From Carcharhinus amblyrhynchos (taxonomy: Eukaryota), in contig OZ336883.1 in NCBI GenBank assembly GCA_965287045.1, positions 33,294,001 to 33,358,000 on the forward strand: a stretch of 64,000 bases of DNA, given 5' to 3'. Below the pieces are notes generated by a model, which searched no databases, had not been told where the DNA came from, and saw nothing but the letters and a program-made list of their open reading frames with translations. A program made the translations under genes and the position numbers. Each line of letters starts with the position of its first letter. Position 1 is the stretch's first letter. This document shows positions 49,611-61,412 of this stretch, piece after piece.

Positions 49611-50119
49611 CAACTAAAATGAGTGTTGGTCCTTTGGAGGCGAGGCTGGAGAATTAGTAATAGGAAACAAAGAAATGGTGGAAGTATTTGCTTCTGTCTA
49701 CACTGTAGAAGCACAAAAAAAATCATCCCGAGAATACTTGAAAGATAAGAAGTAGAAAGAGGGGAAGGGTTTAGAACAATCATAACCTCTGGGGAAAATG
49801 CACTGGGAAAATTACTATAACTGAAGGTTTACAACTCCCTAAATCTTACATCCTGCCTACTAGGGTCTTAAAAGAAGTGGTTGCAAAGATAATAGCTACA
49901 TTGCTGATAATTATCCAAAATTCCCTTGATAGTGGAGAGATTTCAGTGGAATAGAAAATTATTAATATAACACCTCTGTTCAAGAAAGGAGGGAGACAGG
50001 AAGCTAGAATTGATTGGACAGTTAGTTTAATGTCTACATTGGTAAAAAGCTAGGATCCATTACTAATGAGGTAATAGCAGGGTATTTAGAAACTCACTGC
50101 TCACTGACCTCAGTTTGAG

Positions 50120-51245
50120 TTCAGCTCCTACCCACATTATAGCCTTTGACAAAAGAGCTGAACTCAAGAGGTGAAGTGTAAGAGTCTGTCCTTGATACCA
50201 ATGCAGTGTCTCATCGAGTGAGGCATCAAGGACTGCTAGCAAAACTGGAGTCAATGGAAGTTAATTGGTCAATGTCTTGGAATTCCCTCCCCCTTAACAG
50301 CACTGGGGGTGTACCTACACTTCAGGGACTGTAGCGGGTCATGAAGGCAGCTCACCACCACCTTCTGAAGGCCAACTAGGGATAGGAAATAAAAGCAGGC
50401 CAGCCAGCGATGCCCCACATCACACAAATAAATTAATTTTTTAAAAAATCAGGGTTGAAACTCTCCGCTGGTTGGAGTCATGCCTTGCATAAAGAAAGAT
50501 GATTGTTGGAGGTCAGTCACCTCAGCTCCAGGACATCACAGAAGGAATCCCTCAGGGTAGTATCCTAGGCCCAACCAACTTCAGCCACTTCATCAGTAAC
50601 CTTCCCTCTATCATAAGGTCAGAAGTGAAGGTGTTCTTGATGGTTTCACAATGTTCAGCGCCATTCATGACTCCTTGGATATTGAAGCCACCCATGTCCA
50701 AATGCAGCAAGACCTGGACAATGTCCAAGCTTGGGTTGGCAAGTGACATGCCATACAAATGCTACACGAGCGCAATGACCATCTCCAACAAGAAAGAATC
50801 TAACCATCATCCAATGATATTCAACGACATTCAGTCCAAAAATTTGCAGGTTAAATTGATTGGTCATATTAAATTGCCCTTAGGCAATGACATTACCATA
50901 GCTGAATTCCCTACTAACAACATCCTGAGGTTACCACTGGCCAGAAACTTAACTGTCAGAAGCTGGGGATCCTGCCATAATTCACCTCCTGACTCCCCAA
51001 AGCCTGTCCACCATCTACAAGGTACAAGTCAAGAGCGTGTCGGAATACTATCCACTTGCCTGGATGAGTGCAGCTCCAACAACACTCAAGAAATGAGCCA
51101 CTATCTGGGACAAAGCAGCCCACTTGATTGGCACTCCATGCACAACCATTCATGCCCTCAACCACTGAAGCACATGGCAGCAGTGTGTACCATCTACAAG
51201 ATATACTGTGGGAACACACCAGCACCTTCCAAACCCACTGCCACT
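50120..51245 (+). pseudogene. Family X LINE reverse-transcriptase remnant
   Basis: ORF 50499.. ITEGIPQGSILGPTNFSHFISNLP contains the non-LTR RT motif PQGSxLGP. Frameshifted downstream. Confidence 0.85.
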
Positions 51246-52404
51246 ACAATTGTGAAAGTGCCTGCGTACCAATGCAGATAATGACATGTATCTTTAAGAA
51301 GCTGCATTGTGATTTCACTATCAAATCACCATGCGTAAGGTCTTAACCTGTCTAGAATACTAAAGAAATTACATTGATACAAATCCTTTAAACATATTGC
51401 ACAGAATTTTTTTGTTGCGTTTGCAAACCACCCCACAAAGTTGGTCAAGGATAATACAATAAACTTCAATATTATACATAAAACATTTAGCCTTCATTGC
51501 AAAATGAAAATAATATGCTGTCAGTTTCTTAATAATTTCTTGTTTTATTTTCCCTAACTCAATTAATTCTGCAATGACTTTCCCCGCACACATTGATTGT
51601 TGACAATATAACTCGCAAGTGCTGTGCAAATGTTTTAAAATCTTTGAATAAATCTGCTCTCCGCAGTCAATCAGTGATTATATTCATGTTGTCATTCAGA
51701 ATTGGTCGCAGCCAGTAAGATTAATGTCTTAAATTGTCCGATAGTACGGTATGTTTGAATAATTCTAATATGTTCATAAATTTGAAAAATTATTCATTCA
51801 ACATAAAAAGAACATTTGTCCAATCCACTTGAACTTCTATCCTGCAGTCACTCCACTTAGCAAATTAAGCATTAGCAAGATTTAATGCTTCAATCCCAAA
51901 CCCAGCAAGCTCACAAACTGGATTTCCAGGCAGTAGACTGCACGGGCAATGAAAAGATAGCTTTTCTTTTACTACCATTTTCTGAGTGGCAATTGCCAAA
52001 TTCACAAATGCTAAGAACATGAGTGTTATAGTTTGGCAAAATATGAAGAATATTCATTCTAATTGTCAATGATTGCATGCAGGGCTGGAATATTGCTCTT
52101 CAAGGAGTTCCCTTCAACCTTCATAACTCTCAGTGTGATAAATTCAGATGACTATTCTTCCTCTGTGGCCCATACATATATCTCTTTCAGTACTTCAGTC
52201 TAATTTATGCAATTTGTGTGAATGCCAATTAAAATATCATGTGGTGGGGAATTTTAACCTCCATTTTGCCAGGCAGAAACTCAGTGCGGTAGGGCAGCTA
52301 AAATGTCATTTTAAATTGTGGGCAGCAGCGTTACCAACCAAACTGATGGAGTCCTCTTTAAATATGTGGATGAGGCTCCGGTGATGCTATTGTGCTTGAT
52401 CTGC

Positions 52405-52688
52405 GGTGGCACAGTGGTTAGCATTGCTGCTTCACAGTGCCAGAGACTTGGGTTCAATTCCCAGCTTGGGTCATTGTCTGTGCAGAGTTTGCACGTTCTC
52501 CCCGTATCTTTGTGGGTTTTGTCCAGGTGATCCGATTTCCTCCCACAGTCTGAAAGACATGCTGGTTAGATGCATTGACTATGTGAAATTCTCCCTCAGT
52601 GTATCTGAACTGGAGTGTGGTGACTAGGGGATTTCCACAGTAACTTCATTGCAGTGTTAATACGAGCCTACATGTGACACAAATAAAA
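52405..52688 (+). mobile_element. V-SINE family B
   Basis: Family B consensus. Confidence 0.88.
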
Positions 52689-53319
52689 TGCCTGAGCAAG
52701 GAAGCAGTGGTGATTACCTCACCAAGTCAAATCTATCTGTCACAGTAAAAAATTTTCCTTTCAACTTTAACAGAAGAGGTAAGGCAAGTTTTTTTCTTGA
52801 TTCAGAGGGGGCCAATTATGATAACTCAGCAAGCCGCACTTCTTTGCCTTTACCCTGCAGCTCGCAAATATTTTCTCTTTAAATAATTATCCAATTTCCT
52901 TTGGAAAGTCACAATTGAATCTGCTTCCACCAAATTCTCTTGCAGTTCATTCCAAACCATTTTCTGCATAGGAACATTTTTCCTTATATTGCTTCTGGTT
53001 CTTTTGTCAATCACCTTAAGTTGATGTTGTTCAGGTTCTCAACCCTTCCACCAAAGGGAACACTTTCTCCCTATCATCTCTGATCAGGCCCCCTCTGTCA
53101 AATCTCCCTCCACCTTCTGTTCTCTGAGGAATCTTAGGGATTTCTGATAAGCCAATCACTACCTGCTTTGCTGCGATATTGATTTTCTCTCCCAATGTTC
53201 TTTATGATTGCTGCAAACACTCACTGCCATTTTCATTGTTTGGTCAGCTTTCCATCACCCCTGCCTCCCCGCTACCCCCCCTCCCCCCACATCCCCCCCT
53301 ACCCCCACCCAGGCTTGTT

Positions 53320-53580
53320 TTCTCTCTTTCTCTCTCTCTCTGATTCACTCTACCTCTCTGACTCTTTCTCACTCTCTCTCTCTTTATCCCTCTGAATTTC
53401 TCTCTCTCTGACTCANNNNNNNNNNNNNNNNNNNNNNNNNNNNNNNNNNNNNNNNNNNNNNNNNNNNNNNNNNNNNNNNNNNNNNNNNNNNNNNNNNNNN
53501 NNNNNNNNNNNNNNNNNNNNNNNNNNNNNNNNNNNNNNNNNNNNNNNNNNNNTGTCTCTCCATCTTTCTCTCTGACTTTC
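53320..53580. repeat. (CT)n-rich low-complexity tract spanning an assembly gap (N 53416-53552)
   Basis: Directly visible. Confidence 0.95.
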
Positions 53581-53944
53581 ACTGAGTCCACACCATTCCT
53601 TCATCTATTGGTCTCCAATCTCACTTACTCTCGTGTTTATTGTCTCAAATTGTTTTTTAGTTTCCTTGGGTCCCTCTGAGTCTCACGAAGAGACCTTAGG
53701 TCTTCCTTGTTGGAATTTCCTTCTTCTGGGATTACCCTAAGAGCCATCTATCTTGTGGTGGGAATGAGGAATTTTTGTTGGTGGCCCCCAGGCCAGGTAA
53801 TTATAGTAGCTAGATGCTAGTTCCTGCTGGTGCTTTTGGTTGGGAAGTCAGGAGGCAGCATGTAAATTGGCCAAGTGCTCCTGATGTCTCTCTTACATGG
53901 GCCAGCCACTCGCTTGACTGTGTTCTATCCAGCCCAAGCCATCG

Positions 53945-54250
53945 GATGGAATCCTCTGGCCCTTCACCATTGCTGCCAGAGAAGATGGAGAATTTGGCTC
54001 TCAGCCAAATCTCTGTTCACTGCAGTGAAATGGGGGAATCCTGCTGGCACGAATGGCCAGAAAATCCTGCCCTTAAACCCATTTGGCTGGATTTTCTGGC
54101 CATTGCCGCCATGACACAGGTTCCCTGGCAGTGGAGAGTGCAAACCCCATTCGCAGTGGTGGGATTGGGAGATCTTGCTGCCAGTCAATAGTGGGTCACC
54201 TCCACCACCACAAGTCAGGCCGCAGGTGGGGAGGAGAAAATGCTGCCATT
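53945..54250. mobile_element. Two adjacent MITEs
   Basis: GGATGGAATCCTCTGGCC..GGCCAGAAAATCCTGCCC and GGCTGGATTTTCTGGCC..GAAAATGCTGCC. Confidence 0.6.
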
Positions 54251-54804
54251 ATGTTCATTAATGATGACTACCTGGGCATATGCTGATTTCTTAGTTCCTC
54301 AACGACTCCTTCTTTCCTCACAAGGTTGTGTCAATATCTGCTTCACATCAAATATTTGTGATAGTTCCCTCTCAAATAAGGGATATGGGGTGGTAAGACC
54401 TCACATTGTATAATGTTACAAAATATATATAGATATCCCCACAGCTATCAGTAAACTATTAAAAACTAGACAAAGACATTTTAAAATGGCTAAATCAATG
54501 TCTGTCATTGGCCCTTGAACAAAATGAGCTGTCTGGCAGTGTCGAAGAAACTTGCATCTGATTCTCCCTGAAGAGACACTGACACCACCCACCCCAAACC
54601 CTTCCAACCCCCACCCTCCTTGTCCCTTCACCCCAGCCCTCCCAACTGAGCTGCACAGACCAAATTCAAAGAGCAATTCAAATACAAAGACCATCTGCAT
54701 TTCATAACACAGGATCATTTCAGCTGGCAAAAAGGTATGTCTGGATGAGACATGGATCTGGAGAACAGGGGGAGGAACGATGAGGCCTGGGTTCACAGCA
54801 GCTG

Positions 54805-55014
54805 TACAAAGTCTGACAACACCAGGTTTTAGTCCAACCGATTTATTTGATAGTAAACTCACAAGCTTTCGAGGTTTCCCTCTTCTCCACCTGATGAAGA
54901 GGGAAACCTCGAAAGCTTGTGAGTTTACTATCAAATAAATCGGTTGGACTAAAACCTGGTGTTGTCAGACTTCTTACTGTGTTTACCCCAGTCCAACGCC
55001 GGCACATCCACATC
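54805..55014 (+). mobile_element. Young 210-bp Penelope-type palindromic element with 13-bp TSD
   Basis: Perfect 77-bp inverted arms at 54809-54885 and 54896-54972. TSD TTCACAGCAGCTG at 54792-54804 and 55015-55027. Confidence 0.92.
54885..54923 (+). ncRNA. Minimal type I hammerhead ribozyme motif
   Basis: CAC (helix I) - CUGAUGA - A - GAGG GAAA CCUC (helix II, GNRA loop) - GAAA - GC-U-U (palindromic AGCU helix III, CUU cleavage triplet) - GUG (helix I). Confidence 0.75.
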
Positions 55015-55344
55015 TTCACAGCAGCTGACAGCATTCTGATGGACTCTTGAGGAACACTTATAGTTCCTCCTAACCTCACACAAATAGTACATTTTCTCTT
55101 AAGGATTTCTTTCCTCTTACTTTTCTTCTTAGCCTTTGGTGGGCAGAGCATCCAGGCCGTGCACTTTTCTCAGTGGCTGTTAAACTTGCATCAATATCCA
55201 ACGTATATCATAGAACCCTGACTTCTATGGGCTCACAAGGCTCCCGTTTGATTCAGACCATGGAGAAAGTCAAAATCTTTATCTATGACAGAACATTTCC
55301 CTAATAAAGATAGCCCATATTCAATGATATTGAGGAAGTTGAAA

Positions 55345-55653
55345 TATATTTATTTATTAATCTATTAGTGTCGCAAGTAGCCTTACATTAACACTGCAAT
55401 GAAATTACTGTCAAAATCCCCTAGTCGCCACACTCCGGCATCTGTTCGGGTACACTGAGGGGAAATTTAGCATGGCCAATGCACCTAACCAACACTCTTT
55501 GGGATTGTGGGGGGAAACCAGGGCACCCAGAGGAAACCCACGCAGACATGGGGAGAAGATGCAAACTCCACACAGTCACCCGAGGGCAAAATTGAACCCA
55601 TGTCCCTAGCACTATGAGGCAGCGGTGCTAACCACTGTGCCACTGCACCACCC
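55345..55653 (-). mobile_element. V-SINE family B
   Basis: Family B consensus. Confidence 0.88.
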
Positions 55654-56419
55654 TGTTAACGCGGAAGGCTAGCAAGACGTTTCACAGACACATCTATTGA
55701 CAAAACATGCTGTGATGGATCACAATTTTACAACTTTTATTACTGGATCTTGAGGTTGTCGATTTGGTTTTTGTACATTATATTTCAGCACGAGCTAAAC
55801 TCCAATTGATGACTGCGGTGGTTTTAAGAATAAACAGCAGCAGCATGATGGAATATTGCGTGGGCCACTGAGGCAGGTATAACAACATTTCTTCATTATA
55901 CCAATGATGCTTAGGATGTCATCCACATATATCAATGACACTTCATCCGTCAGCCAGAAGGATTGCCTTTGATTACTTCTATCATCTTGAGCCAGCGCGA
56001 GCCTTGCTCTACAAGTACGCTGAACATATTGCAGTGGAAACACGCTGAAAGCTAGGGGTTATAACTGGGCAATGATCCAATCAGCTTACATCATATAGCT
56101 GGATAATTAGTCTGCCCTAGGAGAAAGGATACCAGCTGGTAGGCAGCCTTGATCTGCTGCAAATGATGAAATTAGCTGCAGGTTATAAAGCAGCACCTTA
56201 CAGGAGCAGGCCCTCTCACTTGACTTTCAAAAATTATCTTTTAAGAAAGAAAGGCTTATCCTTCTTCTATGCCGAGATAAAATAAAAAAGACTTGGGTAA
56301 ATACTAAAACTATGACATTTCTTTGCATGCTATTTTGAAGGGATTAATTATTACTACATCTGTCCAGAATGCAAACAATCAGGCGTGTGCCTTAACCCTG
56401 CAGTAATGAAAAGTACTGA

Positions 56420-56549
56420 AGATTTTGTACGCTCTGGCCACCCTCACTCCAAAACCAAAAAATCCCACCCGGAATCAACAGATCTTTCCACGGTCTGCCC
56501 CTCGTCTGTTCCGATTTCCGTGGCGGCCGGAATGGTAAAATTTGCCCCT
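56420..56549. mobile_element. MITE
   Basis: GATTTT ... GGTAAAATTTGCCCC. Core CCGATTTCCGTGGCGG shared with 16368-16490. Confidence 0.55.
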
Positions 56550-56577
56550 CAGTTTTTAAAAATAAATTCCCATTTTG

Positions 56578-56880
56578 TAGAATCGTAGAATCCCAACAGT
56601 GCAGAAGGAGGCCTTTTGGCCCATCGAGCCTGCACCTACAACAATCCCACACAGGCCCCACTCCCGTAACCCCGTGTATTTACCCTACTAATCCCCCTGA
56701 CAATAAGGGACGATTTAGCATGGCCGATTGGCCTAACCTACACATCTTTGGAGTGTGAGAGGAAGCCGGAGAGCCCGGAGGGAAACCCATGCAGATGCGG
56801 GGAGAACGTGCAAACTCCACACGGTTACCTGAGGCAAGAATTGAACCCGAGTGCCTGGCGTGGTGCTAACTACTCTGTTG
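56578..56880 (-). mobile_element. HE1-like SINE
   Basis: TAGAATCGTAGAATCCC tail and V domain. Confidence 0.85.
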
Positions 56881-57489
56881 CCCTAATACGTAGAAACCTA
56901 CTAATAGACCCATTTTATCAGCAAATACTAAAAATCAGTATTTCTTTTCCCCGAGATCACCCAGGTGTGACATTAAATGTAATAACTATAAAGGAGAAAT
57001 AAGATTAAAGGAAACTTGATTATCAGCAAACGCTGCTGTATCAAAATACATCATAGAACCTTTTGGAACTATATGTGAGAGATGTTTAAGGAATGACCAT
57101 TTATCCTCGATGGTTTTAATTTGAGCTTCACACTGGCTTTCAGAGCGCATGATGATCCGTCTCAAATTTTACAATCCTCTTCTTCAAATTCAAATTGCAA
57201 AGATGGAAGGAATTGTTGACAATGTACTGATTCGCTGTGGCTTGAGGTACGTTGGAAAAGATATTGCAGGGCAAAATTACTGATGTAAATTTCTCAGATT
57301 GATGTTTTAAAACAGGCAAGTCTTTGTGAACCAATTTCAAGGCTCAGACAGAAAGGTATTGAGTCATTCTGCAGCACTGGCTCATAACTAGATCAGCTGA
57401 TGGAACCATGTCCATATAGGACGACTAACCAGCACTTTGAATACTAAGGTGTCGATTTAATGACCTCCTGGCTGGTGGAAAAGGATAGT

Positions 57490-57640
57490 TTGGGGGGGTT
57501 CTTGGTGTGGGGGAGGGTTTGGGGGGAGATAATGGGGGGTGTGGGGGTGTTGGGGGAATGTGGGGGGGGTTGGTCTTCTGGGGGGGTTTGTGTAGGGGGC
57601 ATGTGGGGGTGAGGGGGGGGTGCACTGTGAATGGTGGGGA
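57490..57640 (+). repeat. G-run-rich low-complexity tract
   Basis: More than ten runs of 4 or more G. Confidence 0.85.
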
Positions 57641-58189
57641 GTGACTAACTGCACCAATCCTGCTGTTGTTAAAACACCACAACCTTTACCCCACACCGCC
57701 TACTCCTGAGTAGCTAAAGATCATGCTCTCACTTCAAGTGAACCACACGATCCATTAAAATTTAAATCGGGACTCAGTAGTGCACAAAGGATCCTTTCTG
57801 CATGAAGACACTCCTGATAGAACATTCCAGCATGAAGGCACTCATGATTCCTGAGCTGATCTTTGATGGAACTGTCCATTTAGTCTCAAAGCCCTTTCAC
57901 CAAGCTGTGCAAAGCTTTCCCCTTCAGATCTCTGTCCAATTCCCTTTTAGGAAGTTATTATTGAATCTTCTTTCAATGGTCTTTTCAGGCGATGCATTCC
58001 AGATCAGAGTAACTTGCTGCAAGAACTGATTGCTGATCTCCGCCTCGGTTGGTCAGTTAGCCACCCCATATTGAGATGACCCAGAATCAGTGGGATGCGC
58101 CAGGGGGCTGCTTGTTTTCCATCTGCAAAATACTAATGAAGCCCAGCTCTCAAAAGTAGATATTAGAAATTAGATACAGCTCTTAGAAT

Positions 58190-58545
58190 TGAAAGGATCA
58201 AGGGATATGGGGGAAAGGAAGAGATCAGGTACAGAGGAAATGTCAGGGGTAAGTTTTTCACTCAGAGGGTGGTGGGTGAGTGGAATTGGCTGCTGTCGAT
58301 GGTGGTAGAGGCGAACTCGCTGGGGTCTTTTAAGAGACTTCTGGATGAGTATATGGGATTTAATGGGATTGAGAGTTATAGATAGGCCTGGTAGGAATGG
58401 ATATGGTCGGCGCAACTTGTGGGCCAAAGGGCCTGTTTGAGCTGTAGTGTTCTATGTTCTATCAGGGTATTGAATTTGATGATCAACCATGATCAAAATG
58501 AATAATGGTACAGGCTGAATGGCCTACTCCTGCTTTAGTTTCTAT
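58190..58545 (+). mobile_element. Two nested CR1 3' ends
   Basis: Inner copy (~58218-58462) ends TTCTATGTTCTAT. The outer copy resumes and ends GAATGGCCTACTCCTGCT..TTCTATG. Confidence 0.8.
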
Positions 58546-58642
58546 GAACCTGGCCTCCCACCAGTGCTATCAATGACTCCCCAGGCCAGTCAACCAAAGT
58601 CCATACAGACTAAAAACCTCAATTCGTATCTCAATATACTTG

Positions 58643-58945
58643 GTGGCATGGTGCACAGTGGTTAGCACTGCTGCCTCACAGCACTGGGGACCCAGGTTCA
58701 ATTCCCAGCTTGGGTCACTCTCTGTGCAGGGTCTGCACGTTCTCCCCGTGTCTGCGTGGGTTTCCTCCAGGTGCTCCAGTTTCGTCCCACGGTCCGAAAG
58801 ACGTGCTGGTTAGGTGTATTGGTCATGCTAAATTCTCCCTCAGTGTACCCAAGCAGGTGCCAGAGTGTGGCAGCTAGGGGATTTTTACAGTAACTTCATT
58901 GCAGTGTTAATGTAAGCCTAGTTGCGACACTAGTTAAAAAAAATC
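58643..58945 (+). mobile_element. V-SINE family B
   Basis: Family B consensus. Confidence 0.88.
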
Positions 58946-60249
58946 ATGAACAGTGGGGGAAAAGTCACTGTTATCAAGAAAGAATGTAAAGATAAAACCA
59001 GCTTGTCCATCAGTAATCAAAAAAGTCAGGAATAAAGATGTCATTCAGCAGGCAGACAGGTCGTTTTTCTGTTGTGTGACTTTGGATTAATGTCTGTACG
59101 TTCCATCCACAGTACTGTGTGTCAGCAATTCATTTTCATTCATGCCGTATTGGATACTCTGATTAATGGCTAATTGTTGGCTCTTCCAGAATGTGAGGGG
59201 TAACTTCTATAGTGGGGGTTTTCTCACATTGCAATGCGCGCGGGGCAGGAGAGGGGGGGAAGGCTGGTAGATAAACTGACACAGACCATAGCAACTGTTA
59301 ATGGAATTGGGATGGGAGGTCGTGACACGTGTATAGACCATTGTTTAACAACTGGAAGTTATGTTATTAATGAGCAAAAAATTCAAAGTCAGAAGGCAAA
59401 AAATAAAATGTAAGATGCCTCAAAAAGCGACGGGTAGAGGTGTTTGAATGGGGAATACTGTTGCGCACACTGCGTGCATACAATGCAATGAGATTGAGAA
59501 ATGGATTGTATACTTAGCATAAAATGTGCCAAGAAAATGCCACTTCACAATTGAGTTATTCGCAGCAGCAACGGCAATCATCTTGGTTTAGGCCACCCAG
59601 GGTTTTTTAATGCTCAGCTGTGTTAATCAAAGAATTAGGACATCCATGACATAATGATTTAAGTCCCAGTCTACATTGGACCTTGTCACGCAATCTTAAA
59701 AAATGAAAACATGCACACTAATTCTGTACAAACTAATTGGTACAAATTTATCACCTGTCTTTGGGATGGTCATGAATATTGCGTGAACAAAATGGAGAAC
59801 TCGGCAGTCAGATAAATAACCTCACATTTACGATTGCTATTTTTTTGGCTAGAAAAATAATTATCAAACCCTCAACTAGCAAACCGTGCTTCGCAGAATC
59901 TGCTTTCAGAATTACATTCACCCGGGCCTCAAGAGTCATCTGAATTTCAGAATATCAGGGGGATTTACACTGTAAAAATCTATACCATATTGTTATTAAG
60001 ACTGATAGATCACAGCAGATAATTAGAACTTCAAACTCCCTATCAATCATTGTCGGTAAGATTAAGCTCCTGGCCAGTGCGCAAAACAAATGTAAAAGGA
60101 AATCGCTTGGAGAACAACTTTCGCCATCTTGTTCCTTTTGTAAAATAGTAATTGTTCTTTTCTGTTTATCCGTTCACATTTTAGTTCTCTTCCATGCTCT
60201 CAGGCTCCATTCCTTCCAGACGGTTCTGCAGATTTAATCGGTGGGTAAC

Positions 60250-60545
60250 CTGGCTAAGCAGGAAGGTCTTAGGTTTAATCCTTGGATTGTGCTGAGTTAA
60301 GGCAACTCAGTGAGGGGATTCCAGTGATGGTTCTACATTTGTGCTTAGTATCCTTGGGTTAAGGTAAGGCGAAATCCCTCAGGGTTACCACCTCCAATTA
60401 CTGACCAGTAACCCCTGCCATAACTCTGTGCTGAATTGGGATTTGACCGAGCTGTAATGCTGACTGCAATTGATCAGCCTACCACACCTCATTGTCAAGG
60501 TTCACACCCGAATAATTGCCAGTTGGGTGAAGGTACTAGAATGCT
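60250..60545 (+). mobile_element. Old tRNA-derived SINE, family unassigned
   Basis: B-box-like GGTTTAATCC followed by TGTGCTGAGTTA. Resembles a recalled ancient chondrichthyan SINE but has no second copy in the window. Confidence 0.4.
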
Positions 60546-60923
60546 GGGAGCAAATCCTTGCACAGAATCAGTGGGCACAATTCTGTCAAGCCCCCATCAT
60601 CAGGTTCAGTGGAGGGCATGGAGTGGGGGAGGAGAGATTATAGTGGGAGTACCCAGAAATTGGTTTCACACTGGTCTGAATTTACATCAGGATAGTGGGA
60701 TCTTCCACTGGTGCCCGCCATGGCGTATCCTGCCAGAGGCCGGCATGAATGGGATGCAATTGAAGGCCACCCCGCCCCACAATGCCCATCACAACAGATT
60801 TCTTGTGACACTGGCAGGAAAACACAGTGGTTCAGGGTGGACCCTGAACCCTGGAATACCACAGCATTGTGTTGGGGAGAGCATCTGCAAGTGGACTTTC
60901 CAGATTCAGTTCCTGGAGGGGAT

Positions 60924-61037
60924 CCATCTTCCAGCCTCAGAATATTCCTGGAGATCCATCTTTGTTGTCAGGTGGCCCATCTTCCAGTCTCAGATTGCTC
61001 TCTGAGATCCATCTTCATTTATAGGCAGCCCATCTCC
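60924..61037. repeat. Degenerate 53-bp tandem repeat
   Basis: CCATCT(T)CC starts at 60924, 60977 and 61030. Each full unit has an internal GAGATCCATCTT. Confidence 0.7.
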
Positions 61038-61054
61038 TTTCTTCAATCATGTTT

Positions 61055-61412
61055 TTTTAATTCATGTTTGGGATATGGGTGTCACTGGCTGGCCAGCATT
61101 TATTGCCCATCCCTAGTTGCCCTTGGAGACCAATTGAGAGTCAACCACATTGCTGTGGCTCCTAAGTCCCAATGCAGGCCATGCCAGGTAGAGGCGGCAA
61201 ATTTCTGCCCCTAAAGGACATTAGTGAACCAGATGGGTTTTTCCAACAATCTACAATGATTTCATGGTCATCAGTAAGTTCTTAATTCCAGATACTTTTT
61301 ATTGCATTTAAATTCCACCACCTGTCATGGCGGGATTTGAACCTAGATCCCCCAGAACATTAGCCGAGGTTCTGCATTAATGGCCTAGCGATGATACCAC
61401 TAGGCCATCGCC
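61055..61412 (-). mobile_element. SINE family C
   Basis: Ends CCACTAGGCCATCGCC. Tail GCTGGCCAGCATTTATTGCCCATCCCTAGTTGCCCTTG. Confidence 0.88.

Larger units (their letters stand above)
48830..50095 (+). mobile_element. CR1 ORF2 internal fragments interrupted by SINEs
   Basis: PWLTEEIKHNIKLKEKAYNTMKSCGRSEAWTNFRNQQR, then RVLKEVVAKI..LLIIIQNSLDSG...NITPLFKKGGR. Confidence 0.8.

Noticed and set aside
50499-51281. 260-aa ORF as a functional reverse transcriptase
   Set aside because: It leaves the RT frame before the YADD-type motif and reads through a SINE fragment, so it is a pseudogene mosaic.
52406-52627. Recurrent peptide AQWLALLxHSARDxGSIP suggesting a small protein family
   Set aside because: It is the translation of the V-SINE head, with inconsistent starts and stops between copies.
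53416-53552. Run of 137 N
   Set aside because: Assembly gap in a CT microsatellite, not biology.
54416-55151. 172-aa and 102-aa minus-strand ORFs over the palindrome
   Set aside because: Chance read-through of a non-coding insert, with no domain.
60436-61214. 189-aa and 167-aa ORFs
   Set aside because: They cross a SINE, a MITE-like segment and a tandem repeat, so they are not coherent coding sequence.
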